The translations under genes and the position numbers were made by a program. The notes under the pieces are model-generated. The model did no database searches and was not told the DNA's origin. It was given only the letters and a program-made list of their open reading frames with translations. Below, piece by piece: positions 40,379 to 50,074 of a stretch of 64,000 bases of DNA (position 1 is its first letter; every line of letters begins with the position of its first letter). Location: NCBI GenBank assembly GCA_026004395.1, contig BPJB01000001.1, positions 519,343 through 583,342 on the forward strand, written 5' to 3'. The stretch comes from Patescibacteria group bacterium. Lineage in GTDB: Bacteria; Patescibacteriota; Microgenomatia; Levybacterales; UBA12049.

Positions 40379-41104
40379 ATGATGAAAAAAATATTGAGAT
40401 GGATTAAAAATTTCAAAAAAAGAATATTATCCATTCTTAAGGACACAACAAAACAGTTTACATACGTCGCACTTGGCGACAGTACAGCTGAGGGAATGGG
40501 TGCTTCCAAACCTGAGAGATCATATGCCAATATTGTTTATGCTTCCCTAAAAGAACGATATCGATTGACAAAATATTATAATTTCGCAAGAAGTGGAGCA
40601 ATATTAGCAGATGTAGTTGAAAAGCAACTACCCAAAGCATTAGATGCATCGCCGGATCTTATCACTATTTCTGTTGGTGCAAATGATATTATAAGAAGAA
40701 CAAAAACTGATGAATATGAAAAACTTCTGCGCAAATTACTCCAAACACTTCAGAGACAAACCAATGCTACTGTTGTCATCAGTACAGTACCTGATCTATC
40801 TCTAGCACCATCTGTACCCAAACTTCTTAGAACATATAGTCGTTATATGGCAAATAAACTCAATGAAATCATTATCAAAACAGCAGAAGATACAAATACA
40901 GTCGTAGTCGATATATTTAATGATAGCAGGGCATTATTAAAAATATTTCCTGAAGCAATTGCATCAGATGGATGGCATCCATCAGACTTTGGATACGCAC
41001 TCTGGGCAAATAGTATTCTTGTTACTCTAAGAAATATTATTGAGCCACCAAAAAGAGAAAAAATTCCCCAAGAAGAGGAAGAAAATATTCAAGCAATAAA
41101 ATAA
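40379..41104 (+). CDS. SGNH/GDSL-family hydrolase
   Basis: Block I VALGDSTAEG (GDS). Block III GANDI. Block V DGWHPSDFGY (DxxH). Confidence 0.8.
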   Translation: MMKKILRWIKNFKKRILSILKDTTKQFTYVALGDSTAEGMGASKPERSYANIVYASLKERYRLTKYYNFARSGAILADVVEKQLPKALDASPDLITISVGANDIIRRTKTDEYEKLLRKLLQTLQRQTNATVVISTVPDLSLAPSVPKLLRTYSRYMANKLNEIIIKTAEDTNTVVVDIFNDSRALLKIFPEAIASDGWHPSDFGYALWANSILVTLRNIIEPPKREKIPQEEEENIQAIK

Positions 41105-41137
41105 TCAGTCCTCATCTTTATCTGCTACAATATTTTT

Positions 41138-42904
41138 ATGAAAAATATTCTGCAGATTATTTCTCTTGCCAAGCCTATGCATAGGCTTATTGCACTTATT
41201 GGTTTTTTAATTGTCATTGGAGCTGGTATTGATCTAATCGTTCCGATTATCTCCAAATTCATTGTTGATGAAATTGTTGCCAATCTACAACAAACAGGAG
41301 GAAGTTTTGAAAGACTAGTGTTTCTTATAGCATCAGCATTTATTCTAAGTATGATAAGTTTGGTCGTTACAACAATTAGCGATCGTCTAGGTGATCACTT
41401 CTCAGGAAGACTCAGAAAATTTCTAACAGAGCAGTACTACTATAAAGTCCTTACTTTACCCCAGAGTTATTTTGATACTGAATTGTCAGGAAAAATTATT
41501 AACCAACTTAGCCGTGGAATTCAATCAATTCAGCAGTTTATTAATACTACAACCAACTTTATCCTTCCTACATTTCTGCAAAGTATTTTTACTATTGCTG
41601 TACTTGCTTATTACAGTCTGCCTATTGCATTTTTTACATTTCTTTTGTTCCCTATTTATTTAATCCTAAGCTACTATTCATCCAAGAAATGGGGAGAAGA
41701 AGAAGTAAAAAAGAATAAAATAGAAGATCAATCACGCGCAAGAATTCAAGAAGTAATCACCAATATTAGCCTAGTAAAAAGCTTTATTACTGAAAAAAAG
41801 GAATATTCCTACATCTCAGAGAGCTTGAAAAAAAGTAATGCAATTTATGCTCGACAGAGTAAGACGTATCATACTTTTGATTTCTTACGGGGTTTGAGCT
41901 TGAATATTATCCTAACACTTATTAATATTGTTGTTTTTATAAATACTTTTCAAGGTAAACTCACGATTGGTGAGATGGTGCTTATCATACAACTTGTAGC
42001 TCAGTCCCGAAGGCCGCTTTTTGCCATGTCGTTTATACTCACAAATATACAATACGCAGAAGCAGGATCAAAAGAATTTTTAGAAGTATTACGCCTCCCA
42101 TCAAAAGAATATTTTGATCAGGACATCAAAATAGAAAAAATTAATAACCCATCAATAACTTTTGAAAATGTATCGTTTAAATATGCAACTTCCGATCAAG
42201 TATTAAATAATGTCTCTTTCCATATCGCAGATAAAGAAAAAGTAGCTTTGGTAGGACATAGTGGAGCAGGCAAAACAACGATTGTCAATCTTATCTTGAA
42301 ATTTTATGAACCAACAAAGGGTAGAATTCTTTTAAAAGATATGGACTATAAAAACCTTCATCCCAAATTTATCCGCAGTAATATCGCTTTGGTTTTTCAA
42401 GAAAGTGAACTATTTTCATCTACTATTCGCGAGAATGTAATGTACGGAACAAAAGCAACAGAAGAAGAGGTAATAAATGCACTCAAAATGGCAAATGCTT
42501 ACGATTTTGTAATGAAGCTGCCAAAGGGATTAGATTCTGAAATCGGGGAGAGAGGAGTACGTCTTTCAGGAGGTCAAAAACAGAGGATTCAGATTGCACG
42601 AGCAATTCTTAAAAACGCACCTATTCTGATTCTTGACGAAGCAACAAGCAGTCTTGATGCCAAATCAGAGAAAGAAGTACATGAAGCTCTTGAAAACCTG
42701 ATGAAAGACAAGCTGGTAATTATTATTGCGCATAGATTCTCAACAATTCAAAATGTCAATAAAATTATTGTCATTGATGAAGGAAAAGTTGTTGATTGTG
42801 GATCACCCCAAGAGCTAGCAGGCAGACCTGGAATTTATCAAAATCTGCTACGTTATCAAATCGAGGGCAACAAAAAACTTTTGGAGAAATTTGAGATTTA
42901 TTGA
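41138..42904 (+). CDS. ABC exporter, fused permease/ATPase (MsbA-like)
   Basis: N-terminal 6-TM domain. Walker A GHSGAGKTT. Signature LSGGQKQRIQIARAI. Walker B ILILDEATSSLD. H-loop IIIAHR. Confidence 0.9.
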   Translation: MKNILQIISLAKPMHRLIALIGFLIVIGAGIDLIVPIISKFIVDEIVANLQQTGGSFERLVFLIASAFILSMISLVVTTISDRLGDHFSGRLRKFLTEQYYYKVLTLPQSYFDTELSGKIINQLSRGIQSIQQFINTTTNFILPTFLQSIFTIAVLAYYSLPIAFFTFLLFPIYLILSYYSSKKWGEEEVKKNKIEDQSRARIQEVITNISLVKSFITEKKEYSYISESLKKSNAIYARQSKTYHTFDFLRGLSLNIILTLINIVVFINTFQGKLTIGEMVLIIQLVAQSRRPLFAMSFILTNIQYAEAGSKEFLEVLRLPSKEYFDQDIKIEKINNPSITFENVSFKYATSDQVLNNVSFHIADKEKVALVGHSGAGKTTIVNLILKFYEPTKGRILLKDMDYKNLHPKFIRSNIALVFQESELFSSTIRENVMYGTKATEEEVINALKMANAYDFVMKLPKGLDSEIGERGVRLSGGQKQRIQIARAILKNAPILILDEATSSLDAKSEKEVHEALENLMKDKLVIIIAHRFSTIQNVNKIIVIDEGKVVDCGSPQELAGRPGIYQNLLRYQIEGNKKLLEKFEIY

Positions 42905-43193
42905 GTATAATCCATAAGAAAATTTTCTTTATAATTTGTAATTTTTTTTAAAGTATAAAGAAACTGAGTTAAAAATTTTCTCTGGGAAATAAAAAAGGCA
43001 ATAAAGAAGTTAAGTTAAGTAGAGGAGAAATACAAGGAACAATACGCTCAATTTTGGTGTAATGATTTGTGAATTGAGTATGCAAAATTAGTTAATTTAG
43101 AAAAGATAGTTTCACATCTTTGCTGGTATAATAAATTTTATCCAATTATCCTATATATTAAAACTAAAACAACTTTAGAATTGATAAAACAAA

Positions 43194-43475
43194 ATGCTTC
43201 ATAAGCTTTTTAAGATAATCTTGGGAGTGATAGTTTTTCTGATTTTGGTTTTTGTGGAGCTAGATCTACTCATAGCTGATTATGGTTGGAGAGAAAATCA
43301 AACAACAAGACTGATAGCAATACTTTCCCTGGCAGTATTCGGTTTTGGTTTATTTTGGCTTTTGTTCTGGGGGAAGCAACGAATAATTGCTTGGATTTTA
43401 ATTCTCGTTGCGGCAGTAATTTTCCTTTTTAGCGCCTTTTTGCCAGATAAACTTTCAGGGTTTTTAGTAATATAA
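43194..43475 (+). CDS. Hypothetical small membrane protein
   Basis: 93 aa with three TM helices. No recognised family. Confidence 0.3.
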   Translation: MLHKLFKIILGVIVFLILVFVELDLLIADYGWRENQTTRLIAILSLAVFGFGLFWLLFWGKQRIIAWILILVAAVIFLFSAFLPDKLSGFLVI

Positions 43476-43840
43476 GTTGCCTGTGTTTATGCCTCAAAAT
43501 CCACCTGAGGAACTTCTTCATTAAAAATGATACCCTTTGCTGTACTATATTCATATCATAGGTTGCATGATGTCTGATGAAAATTTTTTAATAATTTGAT
43601 AAATAGAATGTGAGTTCTAATATCACGAAATATGTCGGTAGCAAGATGATGAAAGGCGAAAATTACTACTAGAGTTAAAATCAGATTTAGCAATTTAATC
43701 TAATACATTACTACATCTGCTTTTTGCAATTTTTACAAAATGAATTATCGATTGCAAAATCAAAAACTGTGGCTAATTCTAGGACTAAGTTTTGAAGCAT
43801 ATCTATTAACAATTGTTGATCAAAATTTAGAATTTTAGAT

Positions 43841-44174
43841 TGGTCGCAGTTACTGAACGCCGCTCGAACTTTCTTTGAACGACAATCTGCGCCCTGACGG
43901 GCGCAGAACCCGCCCAGCGGCTCGTCGCCTGACGGCGGCAGGCAAAGCCCGCAAAAATTTCCTTTTCTTTTAAGGGGGACGCGCAAAAAATTTTTTCAAT
44001 TAAGGAAACAATTTTTGCGGGCTTTGCCTCTTTGCTGGCGCAAAGACGAGCCGCTTCCCACCCCCAGTCCGCCTTCGGCGGACAGAGCAGGCGGGCAAAA
44101 ATTCCTTCCCCCAGACCCCCTTCCTTTTTGCCCGCCTGCTTGGGCTTCGCCCTAAAATTTTTTGGCGGGACTAT
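43841..44174 (+). repeat. IR1-L: 334 bp GC-rich hairpin-rich repeat, left copy
   Basis: Exact reverse complement of 49416-49749, checked segment by segment. Built from consecutive stem-loops, e.g. CTGCGCCC-TGAC-GGGCGCAG, TCCGCC-TTCG-GGCGGA, GGCAAAGCCCGCAAAAATT...AATTTTTGCGGGCTTTGCC and GCAGGCGGGCAAAAA...TTTTTGCCCGCCTGC. Confidence 0.85.
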
Positions 44175-44203
44175 AAATCAAAAAGGGCGGTGGGTGGGGT
44201 TAG

Positions 44204-45868
44204 TTACATTAAAACTGTTTTCATTAATTCTTTCAAATAATCAGGTTCTAACAAATCGTTTTCTGAATTAATATTATTCCAACCATCCTTCTCTCCTTTA
44301 TTGTGTTTATAATACATCTCCGGTGCACCGTGTCGCAACACAAAGAATCTTTTATCCTGTAAACTCCGTATCAAATCATCAAAACCATCAGGCACTCCTT
44401 TTTCATCTAATTTTTGAACTATATAATCTAGTTTCGGATCACCATCATTTTGCCAATCAATGTGTGCACGAAACCTCCTGAGCAACTCTTTTTCCAGTCC
44501 AAATTCTTCGAGCAGATACTCTATATCACGACTAAATAGATAATCCAAATCGCATATCACAGCAATATCATCAAAACACATCTGCTGATAAAATTTTCTC
44601 GCCAACCTTAATTGCTTTTTGCCATCGGCTTTAATGAAAAGAGTAAATTTTCCCTTTGGAGGATGAATATTAAAAATGATTTTTAATTTTTCATAAAAAT
44701 TCTCGTCATGACTGCCTTCAATTAAAACAACGCTGTCAGCAAATAACCCTTCAAGATTTCCACGACGCTCAAGGTGTCGTTTAACTAAACTTACATCAAC
44801 GCTGGATGGATTGAGAGCGATATTTTTGGTTCCTTCCTCTTTAGTTTTTCTTACTCTCCGATAGCCCTCAATAGTTGTTGGTGTAACAATGAAAGGTGAA
44901 TGTGTAGTTGTTACTATCTGATAACGCTCCATCATTTGGATTAAAGCATTTGCCATCTCACGTTGAGCATACGGATGAAGAAAAGATTCTAATTCTCCAA
45001 TTAAAAATATTGGCGCAGGACGATCTTGGTATCTTTTGCCTTTTTTAGCTAGCAACTTCAAAAAAGCTAATAATGTTGCTCTCTGCAAGCCATGCCCTTT
45101 TTGTTCTACTTCTGTTTTATGTCCATCATCAAGGAAAATCTTCATCTCTTTTGCAATAACAGTTTCGTCTGGTAAACCAAATTCAACAGATGGTGTAATA
45201 TCACTAAATTCACCCATAAATTCTTCTTTTAATCCAGCCTCGAACTCTGTGATTGCTTTGGAGCGTACTCCCTCTTCTTCGCTATGGAGGAAATTGTCTA
45301 AATCTGTTAAAACAGATTTTGTTTTAACAGCTAATTCTTGAAAAAATGAACTCATTACTTCTTTTTTTAATTTTCCCAATGCTGTTGTAGATTTATCAGT
45401 TAATTCTTGAACAGTATCAGCAGTAGCTGGAATTGATATAACATCTGGGAGAATTTTTAATAAATTTCCTGTAAAACCACTTGGATTGTGTAAAGTGCCA
45501 TCTTCTTTATAAATACCAATCTGAGCACCCGACTCCGGAGTTAGTATAGAGGCAATTTTCAAAATACCATTATCAATAGCGTTTTCTATTGCCTCTTTGT
45601 GATTACTAGCCTTTACTAAATGAGTAAAATCACTAATTCCTGCAAATTCGCCCTCTAAAACTATCGGTTTATCTTTGTCATGTTGCCATTTTGGAATATG
45701 CTCCTTCCTTATTCCAGTAGATAGCAATAATTCAGTTGCCTTCAGATAATGTGACTTCCCTGCGTTGTTTCTACCAACAAAAAAAGTAAATTCATTGAAA
45801 AAAACCTCATCTTCTTTGATTGGTCCTAAATTTTTAATTGTTAACTTTTTTAATAAAACCCTACTCAT
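44204..45868 (-). CDS. OLD-family ATP-dependent endonuclease (AAA ATPase plus Toprim), GajA-like
   Basis: N-terminal LTIKNLGPIK...FTFFVGRNNAGKSHYLKA (Walker A of the AAA_15/21 family). ABC-like signature and Walker B FLIGELESFLHP. C-terminal Toprim with VVLIEGSHDE and a DxD in VICDLDYL. Confidence 0.8.
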   Translation of the reverse strand: MSRVLLKKLTIKNLGPIKEDEVFFNEFTFFVGRNNAGKSHYLKATELLLSTGIRKEHIPKWQHDKDKPIVLEGEFAGISDFTHLVKASNHKEAIENAIDNGILKIASILTPESGAQIGIYKEDGTLHNPSGFTGNLLKILPDVISIPATADTVQELTDKSTTALGKLKKEVMSSFFQELAVKTKSVLTDLDNFLHSEEEGVRSKAITEFEAGLKEEFMGEFSDITPSVEFGLPDETVIAKEMKIFLDDGHKTEVEQKGHGLQRATLLAFLKLLAKKGKRYQDRPAPIFLIGELESFLHPYAQREMANALIQMMERYQIVTTTHSPFIVTPTTIEGYRRVRKTKEEGTKNIALNPSSVDVSLVKRHLERRGNLEGLFADSVVLIEGSHDENFYEKLKIIFNIHPPKGKFTLFIKADGKKQLRLARKFYQQMCFDDIAVICDLDYLFSRDIEYLLEEFGLEKELLRRFRAHIDWQNDGDPKLDYIVQKLDEKGVPDGFDDLIRSLQDKRFFVLRHGAPEMYYKHNKGEKDGWNNINSENDLLEPDYLKELMKTVLM

Positions 45869-45883
45869 AGAGTTCTTGTAATT

Positions 45884-46804
45884 TTATAAATCAAATCTTT
45901 TGTTTAATTTGTACATTTTGTTATCTAATAGTTTCAAATTCTTTTCTTTATTTTTCCAAATTTCTTTAAAATCCTTGTCTCTCATTGTGCGAATTTCACC
46001 AAGATAGACAGATACATAACAACCATTTACTTTTGTCTCTTTCGCTTGTTTTAGATTTTTTTCTGTAATTTTTATATACTGAGGGTCAATATCTATCCCA
46101 ATATACTTTCGTCCTAAACGTTTAGCGGCGACAGCGGTAGTTCCCGTACCAATGAATGGATCAAATACAATATCTCCCTCGTCGGTACTCATCAAAATAA
46201 GTCTCTCTAGTAATGGCACAGGTAATTGACAAGGATGTTCGTCTCTTCGTTTTTTATGACGGATTCTGTGAATGTCAGACCAAACATCGGAAAGAAGAGG
46301 GCCAAAGCCATGTGCTTGATCCTTTTTACCCCCATAATCTTTCAAAAACTCCTTACAGACACGACAGCGTGGATGTGGATATCTAATGTCATAAAACTTA
46401 AAATCCTTGTATGATTTTGATTTTGTGTAATATAAAATCCCATAGTGATTCGGTAAAAGCGTCTTGCCCATCGGTGCACCACCGGAATCCCAAGTAATCC
46501 AATGCCTAAAATAGGCGATTTTGTTTAGGTACTCGGCAAAGTGCGATAACCAACGGGGAATATTATGAACAAAAATAGATCCGCTTGGTTTTGTAATTCT
46601 CACCATCTCGTTCATCCATTTATTGCACCATTCTAAATACTCCTCTTTTTCTTTTGTGTCCTCATAGTGGTTATATTTTTTCTTCAAGTTAAAAGGCGGG
46701 TCAGCAAAAGTCATATCCACTGAATTGTCAGGGATATCTTTCATCACTTCCAAACAATCGCCTAGAATAATTTTGTTCTCAAATTTTTTAATATCTTTGC
46801 CCAT
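45884..46804 (-). CDS. DNA amino-methyltransferase (N6A/N4C, beta-class order IV then I)
   Basis: Motif IV TFADPPFN near the N-terminus. Motif I DIVFDPFIGTGTTAVAA near the C-terminus. Confidence 0.85.
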   Translation of the reverse strand: MGKDIKKFENKIILGDCLEVMKDIPDNSVDMTFADPPFNLKKKYNHYEDTKEKEEYLEWCNKWMNEMVRITKPSGSIFVHNIPRWLSHFAEYLNKIAYFRHWITWDSGGAPMGKTLLPNHYGILYYTKSKSYKDFKFYDIRYPHPRCRVCKEFLKDYGGKKDQAHGFGPLLSDVWSDIHRIRHKKRRDEHPCQLPVPLLERLILMSTDEGDIVFDPFIGTGTTAVAAKRLGRKYIGIDIDPQYIKITEKNLKQAKETKVNGCYVSVYLGEIRTMRDKDFKEIWKNKEKNLKLLDNKMYKLNKRFDL

Positions 46805-46806
46805 AA

Positions 46807-47826
46807 CTACTTGTTGAATACGGTTGATAACAATTCTTTAAAGCGATTAAGTTCCTCTTTGTGAAAAGTAAATACTTCATCATAAGCTCCAACCATTCTT
46901 TTAAGGTCGTTTTTTCTTACATACCAACCAATACCATCCACAAAACCAATAAATAGAGCTTTGGGATAATGCTTTTTGATGAGCTTAGCAACATTTATCT
47001 CTGTTTTTGCTTTGTCTCCTTGGCCAGAGGAAGTCGTTACAACATAAGAAGACTCGACAATCAATAATGGATTATTCTGATCGGGAATAATAAAATCCAT
47101 TGTTCGTTTTTCTTCATCCAGTACACCAACTAATTTTTGTAGATCTCCAGAAGTATATGGTATTTCAAGCTCCTCTAAAATTTTCTCAATAAGCACTTCT
47201 GGGTTATTTTCTTTTTTACCGGCATACGATCCTTTTTCTTTGTAGCGTATTAAAGTATCAACAAGAGATTCTATTTTAAATTCCAGCTTTTCAACACTTA
47301 GCTTTTTAAGTTCAAATAAAGGCAGGGCTTGAGTTAGTACAGGAACGGTAGAGCCCTCAAAAAATATATTTACAATTCCTTTCGCAAAGTTTTCATTATT
47401 CTTTATTAGATTAGCAATCTTTGAGTCGCTCCATTCACTAACTCCTCCCTCATCAATTTCTTCTGTTCCTGTTTGCCATTTATCTTTCAATGTAAGCCTG
47501 TTTAATTCCTCATCGTCAATCACTCTTATTAGAGTTATTAAGCGTTTTAAATATTCATTTGAGATGCCAGTCAATGCAAGTAGTGCTCGCAAGCCGTTTT
47601 TCTTATTGCGGATTAATTCAACAAAAAAGTCTTTCTTAAGTCCTTCTGTTGAGACTTTATTTCGCAATACTAAAAGTAATTCTTTGATTGAAGAAATATA
47701 GCCCTCGTATTTTTCCTCAAAATCACGGTCGTAAAGATAAAAGGTATTTTTATCTATAACCAGCTTAAATTTTGATTCAGTTGTGGGTTTTGAAATTTTA
47801 ATCATATTTTTATTTGTCATTTTCAA
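46807..47826 (-). CDS. Hypothetical protein, candidate restriction endonuclease of the RM operon
   Basis: 339 aa with no family match. The position between two MTase genes and a C-terminal MDFIIPDQNNPLLIVESSY stretch with possible PD..E nuclease residues suggest the R subunit. This is an inference from context only. Confidence 0.3.
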   Translation of the reverse strand: MKMTNKNMIKISKPTTESKFKLVIDKNTFYLYDRDFEEKYEGYISSIKELLLVLRNKVSTEGLKKDFFVELIRNKKNGLRALLALTGISNEYLKRLITLIRVIDDEELNRLTLKDKWQTGTEEIDEGGVSEWSDSKIANLIKNNENFAKGIVNIFFEGSTVPVLTQALPLFELKKLSVEKLEFKIESLVDTLIRYKEKGSYAGKKENNPEVLIEKILEELEIPYTSGDLQKLVGVLDEEKRTMDFIIPDQNNPLLIVESSYVVTTSSGQGDKAKTEINVAKLIKKHYPKALFIGFVDGIGWYVRKNDLKRMVGAYDEVFTFHKEELNRFKELLSTVFNK

Positions 47827-49039
47827 AAATTAAAATATATTCTTCCTTCATCGTATTTTGGAGACCTTTAATTGGTTTCAAAATTTCAAAAAGAAATTTA
47901 AACTTTTGCCCTTCTGCTAATTCTTTAATTTTCGTCTCCAATCTAACACCTTTTGTCTGAATATCGTTAGTTCCAACCACAAAAATAGTTTTGCTACCCT
48001 TTTTACTAACTCTTGCCAATTCTCTAAACACTTTATCAAGCATTTCAAAATAAAGTTCCAACTTTTGACTTATTCCTCTGCCTTGCAAACCAATCATCTT
48101 TTCTTTTAACTTGTCTGGGGCATAGCCAAGATATTCCAATTGTGGTTTATCATTATCTACATAATCTATTGCAAAAGAATAAGGCGGGGAGGTAATTACG
48201 CCGTCAACGCTATTATCTTCCAAGGGTAATTTTAACGCACTATCTTCAATAATTTTACTTTTCCCTATTTTTAAACCTAATTTTTCTCTTGCATTTTGGA
48301 AATTTTTGATAGTTGTTATATACCTGTTAAGTACAATTGGAAAAAGAGCACTTAACGATTTAGAGCTTCTGCGCGCGAAACCCACGGCATCAAGATAGGC
48401 TAATAAAGCAACTTCGTAGTATGACCTATCTTCATCGTCGCCATCTTTTATAAAATAGTGCGGTACTTTATCCTTGTTTAACTTTTTAAAAATTTTATTT
48501 TGTTCGTGGGTTATTTGAGTAAGTTTTTCGCTGTTAAGATTTAAGGCAAAAGTTTTTACTCTGCCCATCAAACAACAAAAGGGACTTACATCGACGCCCA
48601 CTGAATCAATGCCTAACAAATTTGCCTCTACTGATAAAGTCGCACTACCAGACATTGGATCAAGAACAACATTGCCCGGTTTTAGACCCATCATATTTAG
48701 TAAAGCCCTTATCATCTGTGGATGAAATTTGCCTCTATATGGGAATAAACTATGAGTGGCGTATCCTGTAGAATATTTACCATTTAAGAAAAAGGCTTTT
48801 GTGCGTAAGGAACTATTGCGATGTATATCTTCTAAATTTTGAAGATTGCAAGTCTGGTAGTGAATCGTTGGCTCGCCTTCTACTGATTTAAAGTATGCAC
48901 TGCGCCTAATTAAATCTTTTTTATTAAGATTTTCATATTCCCAAATAGCAAAATTTAACTCAAAAATTTCATCAGTCCCATCAATTAACTGATAGTCAGT
49001 AGGAAATAATTTTTTTGTTATTGGTTGAAAATTTTGCAT
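47810..49039 (-). CDS. DNA amino-methyltransferase (order I then IV, SPPY)
   Basis: Motif I VVLDPMSGSATL precedes motif IV VITSPPYSFAIDY. This is a second, differently organised MTase in the same operon. Confidence 0.7.
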   Translation of the reverse strand: MQNFQPITKKLFPTDYQLIDGTDEIFELNFAIWEYENLNKKDLIRRSAYFKSVEGEPTIHYQTCNLQNLEDIHRNSSLRTKAFFLNGKYSTGYATHSLFPYRGKFHPQMIRALLNMMGLKPGNVVLDPMSGSATLSVEANLLGIDSVGVDVSPFCCLMGRVKTFALNLNSEKLTQITHEQNKIFKKLNKDKVPHYFIKDGDDEDRSYYEVALLAYLDAVGFARRSSKSLSALFPIVLNRYITTIKNFQNAREKLGLKIGKSKIIEDSALKLPLEDNSVDGVITSPPYSFAIDYVDNDKPQLEYLGYAPDKLKEKMIGLQGRGISQKLELYFEMLDKVFRELARVSKKGSKTIFVVGTNDIQTKGVRLETKIKELAEGQKFKFLFEILKPIKGLQNTMKEEYILIFENDK

Positions 49040-49041
49040 AG

Positions 49042-49254
49042 TTATTTAATCAAATCATCAATCGGCACATCTAATGCTTTCGCAAGTTTAGTTATAGTTT
49101 CAAAAGTAGGATTTTTATTTACTCCATTCTCAATTTTTACAACGGTATTTAATGAAAGATCTGCAAGACGAGCCACTTTCTCAAGAGAATAGCCCTTTTT
49201 AGCCCTTAATTTTTTTAGATTATCCGATATTTTATTTGACATTTGCATATCCAT
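49042..49254 (-). CDS. XRE-family HTH protein, probable RM controller (C) protein
   Basis: 70 aa. LKKLRAKKGYSLEKVARLADLSLNTVVKIENGVNKNPTFETITKLAKALDV is a classic XRE HTH of C-protein size. It is the first gene of the minus-strand operon. A candidate promoter lies at 49330-49365 on the minus strand: -35 TTGATG, -10 TGGATAAT. Confidence 0.7.
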   Translation of the reverse strand: MDMQMSNKISDNLKKLRAKKGYSLEKVARLADLSLNTVVKIENGVNKNPTFETITKLAKALDVPIDDLIK

Positions 49255-49415
49255 TGTTTAACATTATAGTATATAGATTATATTCTAAACTTTCTTATTT
49301 TTCTATTATAATGATAACTAATTATCCAGAAAAAGTAAAGAAAAATCATCAAGGGAGTTTCCTTTTGTCGCCCGCGCATGGGTTGGGTGGGGCAAGGGCG
49401 ACTATAAAAAATACA

Positions 49416-49749
49416 ATAGTCCCGCCAAAAAATTTTAGGGCGAAGCCCAAGCAGGCGGGCAAAAAGGAAGGGGGTCTGGGGGAAGGAATTTTTGCCCGCC
49501 TGCTCTGTCCGCCGAAGGCGGACTGGGGGTGGGAAGCGGCTCGTCTTTGCGCCAGCAAAGAGGCAAAGCCCGCAAAAATTGTTTCCTTAATTGAAAAAAT
49601 TTTTTGCGCGTCCCCCTTAAAAGAAAAGGAAATTTTTGCGGGCTTTGCCTGCCGCCGTCAGGCGACGAGCCGCTGGGCGGGTTCTGCGCCCGTCAGGGCG
49701 CAGATTGTCGTTCAAAGAAAGTTCGAGCGGCGTTCAGTAACTGCGACCA
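49416..49749 (-). repeat. IR1-R: 334 bp inverted copy of IR1-L
   Basis: Perfect reverse complement of 43841-44174. It overlaps IR2-L by the hexamer CGACCA (49744-49749). Confidence 0.85.
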
Positions 49750-49902
49750 TACGATACTTTCAGAGTTTTTGGGCGAGTTTGATTGCTCGCTCGCCTCGCC
49801 AGAGGCGAGGCTCGCTTCGCAAATTTCCTTATATTTCGGCACTAAATCAAGGGGCGGACGGAAATCAAAGAGGATTTTTCTGTCCAGCAGGCGGCGGTTC
49901 GT
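49744..49902 (+). repeat. IR2-L: 159 bp GC-rich repeat upstream of the serine recombinase gene
   Basis: Exact reverse complement of 51446-51604. Contains hairpins GCGAG-TTTGATT-GCTCGC and GCCTCGCC-AGA-GGCGAGGC. Confidence 0.85.
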
Positions 49903-50074
49903 GGACGCAAAGCGCCCAGGGCAAAAGCCACCTTATAGAAAATCTATTGAATGCTTTTGCTCTCCAATTTTTTCCGCCTTTTGCCAAAGGTAAAAGAACA
50001 AAGCAAGTTTTTAATCTCGCGCTTTACACTGCGCCACAGGCGCAGTGGCCAAAGGCGACTAACCTAAAAGCAAT

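Noticed and set aside
40070-40407. ORFs 40070-40294 (-) and 40126-40407 (+) upstream of the SGNH hydrolase gene
   Set aside because: They overlap tRNA-Gly (40168-40239) and have no coding features.
43711-44271. ORFs 43711-43986 (-) and 44032-44271 (+) inside IR1-L. The same ORFs recur on opposite strands at 49349-49558 (-) and 49604-49993 (+) inside IR1-R.
   Set aside because: Identical peptide sequences recur on opposite strands purely because the DNA is a perfect inverted repeat. The sequences are GC-rich and Arg/Gly/Pro/Ala-biased, with no start context. I treat them as non-coding repeat DNA.
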